In this document: positions 60,445 to 64,000 of the stretch, in pieces | How the letters are laid out: every line of letters starts with the position of its first letter | Numbering within the stretch: the stretch's first letter is position 1 | Assembly (NCBI RefSeq): GCF_001194135.2 | Contig: NC_068981.1 | Span: 10,539,373-10,603,372 of the forward strand | Direction: 5' to 3' | Length of the DNA: 64,000 bases | Source: Octopus bimaculoides | Taxonomy: Eukaryota | Notes under the pieces: model-generated | What the model was told of the DNA's origin: nothing | Seen by the model: only the letters and a program-made list of their open reading frames with translations | Database searches by the model: none | Position numbers and translations under genes: made by a program

Positions 60445-62110
60445 TTATATGTATATATGATGACGTTATTTCCACATATCATCATCAATCTGTCTGGGAT
60501 AATGATTATATTTATTGTTAATTGTGTGTCGGTATTCTGTGTTGTTTCCTCATACCTAAAAGGTTTGTAATGTCTACTAACATCAAATCAACCGCATGAG
60601 ACTTTTGGCTATAAGGAAGTCATGCAGGTTTTTACCAACAAACAACTGTTACAAGACATACAGACCAAGCACACTAACACAAGTGAGTATTGAGACCTTA
60701 GCATTTTTACACAGAAGTGTACAGACTAATGTACACACACACACATATATACATATGTGCATATATGTATATGTTTATGTACATATATGTATACGTGTGT
60801 GCATATATGTATACATATATGTGCATATATGTATGTATATATGTGTATATATGTATGTGTGCATATATATATATATGTATACATATACACACATTCTTGT
60901 TTACTTACTCCACAGATTTTGCCTTTTCATTGAGTATGTAGTTGTCCCTGGTGAGGGAGAAGAAGTTTTATCACTCAACACATTCAAAACTGCACTCATA
61001 TCTTATGGTAAAGTAAAAACGTCAGTGTACGTCTTACTCAGTGACACATTGTCTTTACTTCCGCATCAACTCCCAAGTATTATTATTATTTATTTACAAA
61101 TTCCGTTCATTTTAATCTGTTCAGCAAGTTTGTTTTACAAGAAACTAACCTTTAGTGTTTTTTTTAATGACGGAAAACATTTTATAATTTATTAAATATT
61201 ATATGTGTAATATTATGGGGCTGCTAAGATTGAAATTATGCAGCTCTGGAATTTTAAAATGGTATTCTTTTAATGTATTATAAACATATATTTTCATAAA
61301 CATTTTATCAAATATTATGGTAAATAGCATAATTACTAGTTATTTCTAACCTATATAATTACTAGTTATATTAGTAACATTATTAGTTGTTCATCTTTCT
61401 TTTTCTTTATTTTCTCATAACCTCCAGCATGGTCAGTGAACTATTATTTTCAGTACATTTGGACATAAGGTGGTGGGCTTTCTGATGTGTTATTAAAATT
61501 TTTAATGTTTGAATGATGATAAATTTTACATGCGAAGGACAATTGATTATGCACTTGGTACTTTTAATTTAAGAAGCAATTAGGTTTGTAAGAATATTAT
61601 TATTATTATTATTATTATTGCCCTGAGAATGTTTGTTTGTTTCCTAATACTAGTGAACTTAGAGATTTATAAAGCTCAGATCAGTGTTCAACTAATTTGA
61701 TAAGATGTCTGTGCTCTCTGCTACTTGGTCCCTGGCTGACTCTATTCCAGCTGAACGGTTGCTGACTATTTAACTGTTTCTTAAAATTTATGTCCTTCCT
61801 AATACACTGAATCAGATTTTAGCTGACAGGTCGCTTTTACCTGGTGATGATGTGATAAAAATCTTTCATCATCGGGTCTGGTGGCCTTCAATCCTCTGGT
61901 GTTGGAGCAAGTTGTTATAATCTCTTTTAAGTTGGTCATTTGCAATGTATGGGTCATAGCGCCAACCTTCTTTATTTTACTTCTGTTGCCATGTCGTTGA
62001 CTGCCCTCCATTACAGAACCTGTCAGGTACAGATTACAATGGTGAATTGTTCAGAGGTTGTTAAAGATATCGTTTCTTAACTTGGTTAATCCTTTAGCAA
62101 ATAAACCAGC

Positions 62111-62301
62111 TCTTTACTCTTTTACTTATTTCAGTCATTTGACTGCGGCCATGCTGGAGCACCGCCTTTCCTTTAGTCGAGAGAATCGACCCCGGGATTT
62201 ATTCTTTGTGAGCCTAGTACTTATTCTATCGGTCTCTTTTTGCCGAACCGCTAAGTTACGAGGACGTAAACACACCAGCATCGGTTGTCAAGCGATGTTG
62301 G

Positions 62302-62338
<37 letters not shown>

Positions 62339-62503
62339 CATATATACGACGGGCTTCTTTCAGTTTCCATCTACCAAATCCACTCACAAGGATTTGGTCA
62401 GCCCAAGGCTATAGTAGAAGACACTTGCCCAAGGTGCCATGCAGTGGGACTGAACCCGGAACCATGTGGTTGGTAGGCAAGTTACTTACTACACAGCCAC
62501 TCT
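62111..62503 (-). mobile_element. Young SINE family B inserted in a TTAA MITE (62086-62617)
   Basis: Near-consensus SINE flanked by ttaatcctttagca on the left and ..ttacatttgacagattaatccgaacgctaaagagtt on the right. Confidence 0.8.
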
Positions 62504-63719
62504 AAACATAAACAGTCACGTCACTGAAATCTTAAAGCCACAAGATAATGCATGATTAATTCAACACATTACATTTGACAGATTAATCCGAACGCTAAAG
62601 AGTTCAACATAGACCTTAATGTTTAAACATTTTCTTTCCTACTGAGTGTCTTCGAAAAATATATTGGTAGCTACCTTCCTTTCCAAAGACAATAGTGGCC
62701 CCACAATGCCATCTCGATGTCTCTCTGTGCATCTTTGATGGTGTGTCTCTGGAGTCACCCTCACATGGCAAACTCTGTCACACCAACTTCATCCTCACCA
62801 TTTAGCATCCACTTTGTATTCTCACATGGGTGAGATGGAGGTTTTCTATTCCCAGATGCTTTTCCTGTCACAGGCCTTCCACCTATTTCCAAGCAACGTA
62901 ATATTTTTCCATAGCACGACATGATTTTCTCTGAAAGCTCAAAACGATCAACCCCACTTGTATGACAGTGATCCTCATTTACAACCATGCATATGTATGA
63001 TAGCTGAGTCTGCCACTTTCTTCCATTCTATACTTCTCCATTTCTACTCCCAAATACATCCCAGCTGTTTACATTGACCTTGAATGCAGTAGATCAAATC
63101 ATGATTTGTTTGAAGCTAATTGATAAAGTTCTTGTGCGTCACATATTAATTAAAACTGAGCCAAATTAAATGCATTTAGCTATTGGCTGTTGTTCAAAAA
63201 TATTCTATGTTATATGGTTCCCACATATGATAATTTACATAGTTTCATTATGCCTCAACATTGTAAATAAATTCAATAATTTATGTTCATAGTCAGCAGA
63301 ATATATTCAACAAACAGACCTCATGTCCCCAAACTGTTCTGCTTGGGAGGTATATTTATCTCTAGAAAAATGTGTTTTGACTTTGCACGAGTGACTGGAA
63401 CTATTGCATCTACTACTTCAGTAGTATTATTATTGTTATTATCTGTATTTATTTCATCAATTAGATTTATCTTCTATTTGAGAAATAGCTGCTCTTAGTG
63501 GTAAGAAACTATCAAAGGGGTTTCTACGACAGGTCTTCAGAGGAGAAAGCTCTTGGTGACTGTTTCGGCCCTTAACTTCTAAAAAGTAGAGTATTTTGTT
63601 TGATCGTATTTACAATACCTGTATTTTATTGGGTTGATAAAACTTGTTCTTTAAATTCTATTTTCATTTCTTCCTCTTTCTCTCATTCCTACTATGTTTT
63701 GAATATTAATGATAATACT

Positions 63720-64000
63720 AAAGTGTGTTTGTGTGTATATATATATATATAGGTGTATATATATATAGGTGTATATATATATACGTGTGTGTGTTTATAG
63801 GTATACATGTGTGTGTACATATATATATATATGTGAATACATGTGTGTGTGTGTATATATATATATGTATACATAGATGTGTGTATATATATATATATAT
63901 AGGTATAATGTATACATACCCATGATATACATGTGTGTAGATGTATATATATATATATATATATGTATGCATATGTGTGTATATATATATATATATGTAT
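63720..64000. repeat. (TA)n/(TG)n degenerate microsatellite; similar tracts at 39050-39380, 40730-40772 and 60730-60890
   Basis: Read directly. Confidence 0.9.

Noticed and set aside
61700-62050. GC-balanced unique-looking stretch considered as the last KMT5A exon
   Set aside because: No SET C-terminal motifs in any plus frame. The minus strand looks like a decayed CR1/L2 3' region, too degenerate to annotate. Similar remnants lie at about 30100-30300 and 31950-32180.

Overview
AT-rich, repeat-dense animal genomic DNA from a draft assembly with about a dozen N-gaps, several of them abutting (TA)n tracts. The repeat complement (tRNA-derived SINEs, abundant RTE-LINE 3' ends with (GAT)n tails, TTAA and hAT MITEs) suggests an octopod/coleoid cephalopod; this is inferred, not proven. 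Two intron-rich genes are transcribed divergently. On the minus strand is the 5' part of a strawberry notch gene (SBNO1/sno): five confident coding exons at 16950-1070 plus a candidate ATG exon at 29411-29449, with the gene continuing past position 1. On the plus strand is the H4K20 monomethyltransferase KMT5A/SETD8/PR-Set7: four coding exons at 47452-58826, with the first and last exons not found. Between them, about 35.3-42.5 kb is visibly richer in CpG and poorer in young repeats than the gene bodies, and it carries E2F/YY1-like motifs. As I recall, human SBNO1 and KMT5A are also head-to-head neighbours on 12q24.31, so the main finding is a possibly very ancient conserved divergent gene pair. 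The remaining sequence is intronic: RTE 3' fragments with modular hairpin repeats, several SINE families often in inverted pairs, piggyBac-, hAT- and mariner-type elements, palindromic MITEs and microsatellites. There is no prokaryotic content, CRISPR array, rRNA or intact tRNA gene. Repeat boundaries are hand-read and approximate. Exon boundaries were checked for GT-AG and for phase.
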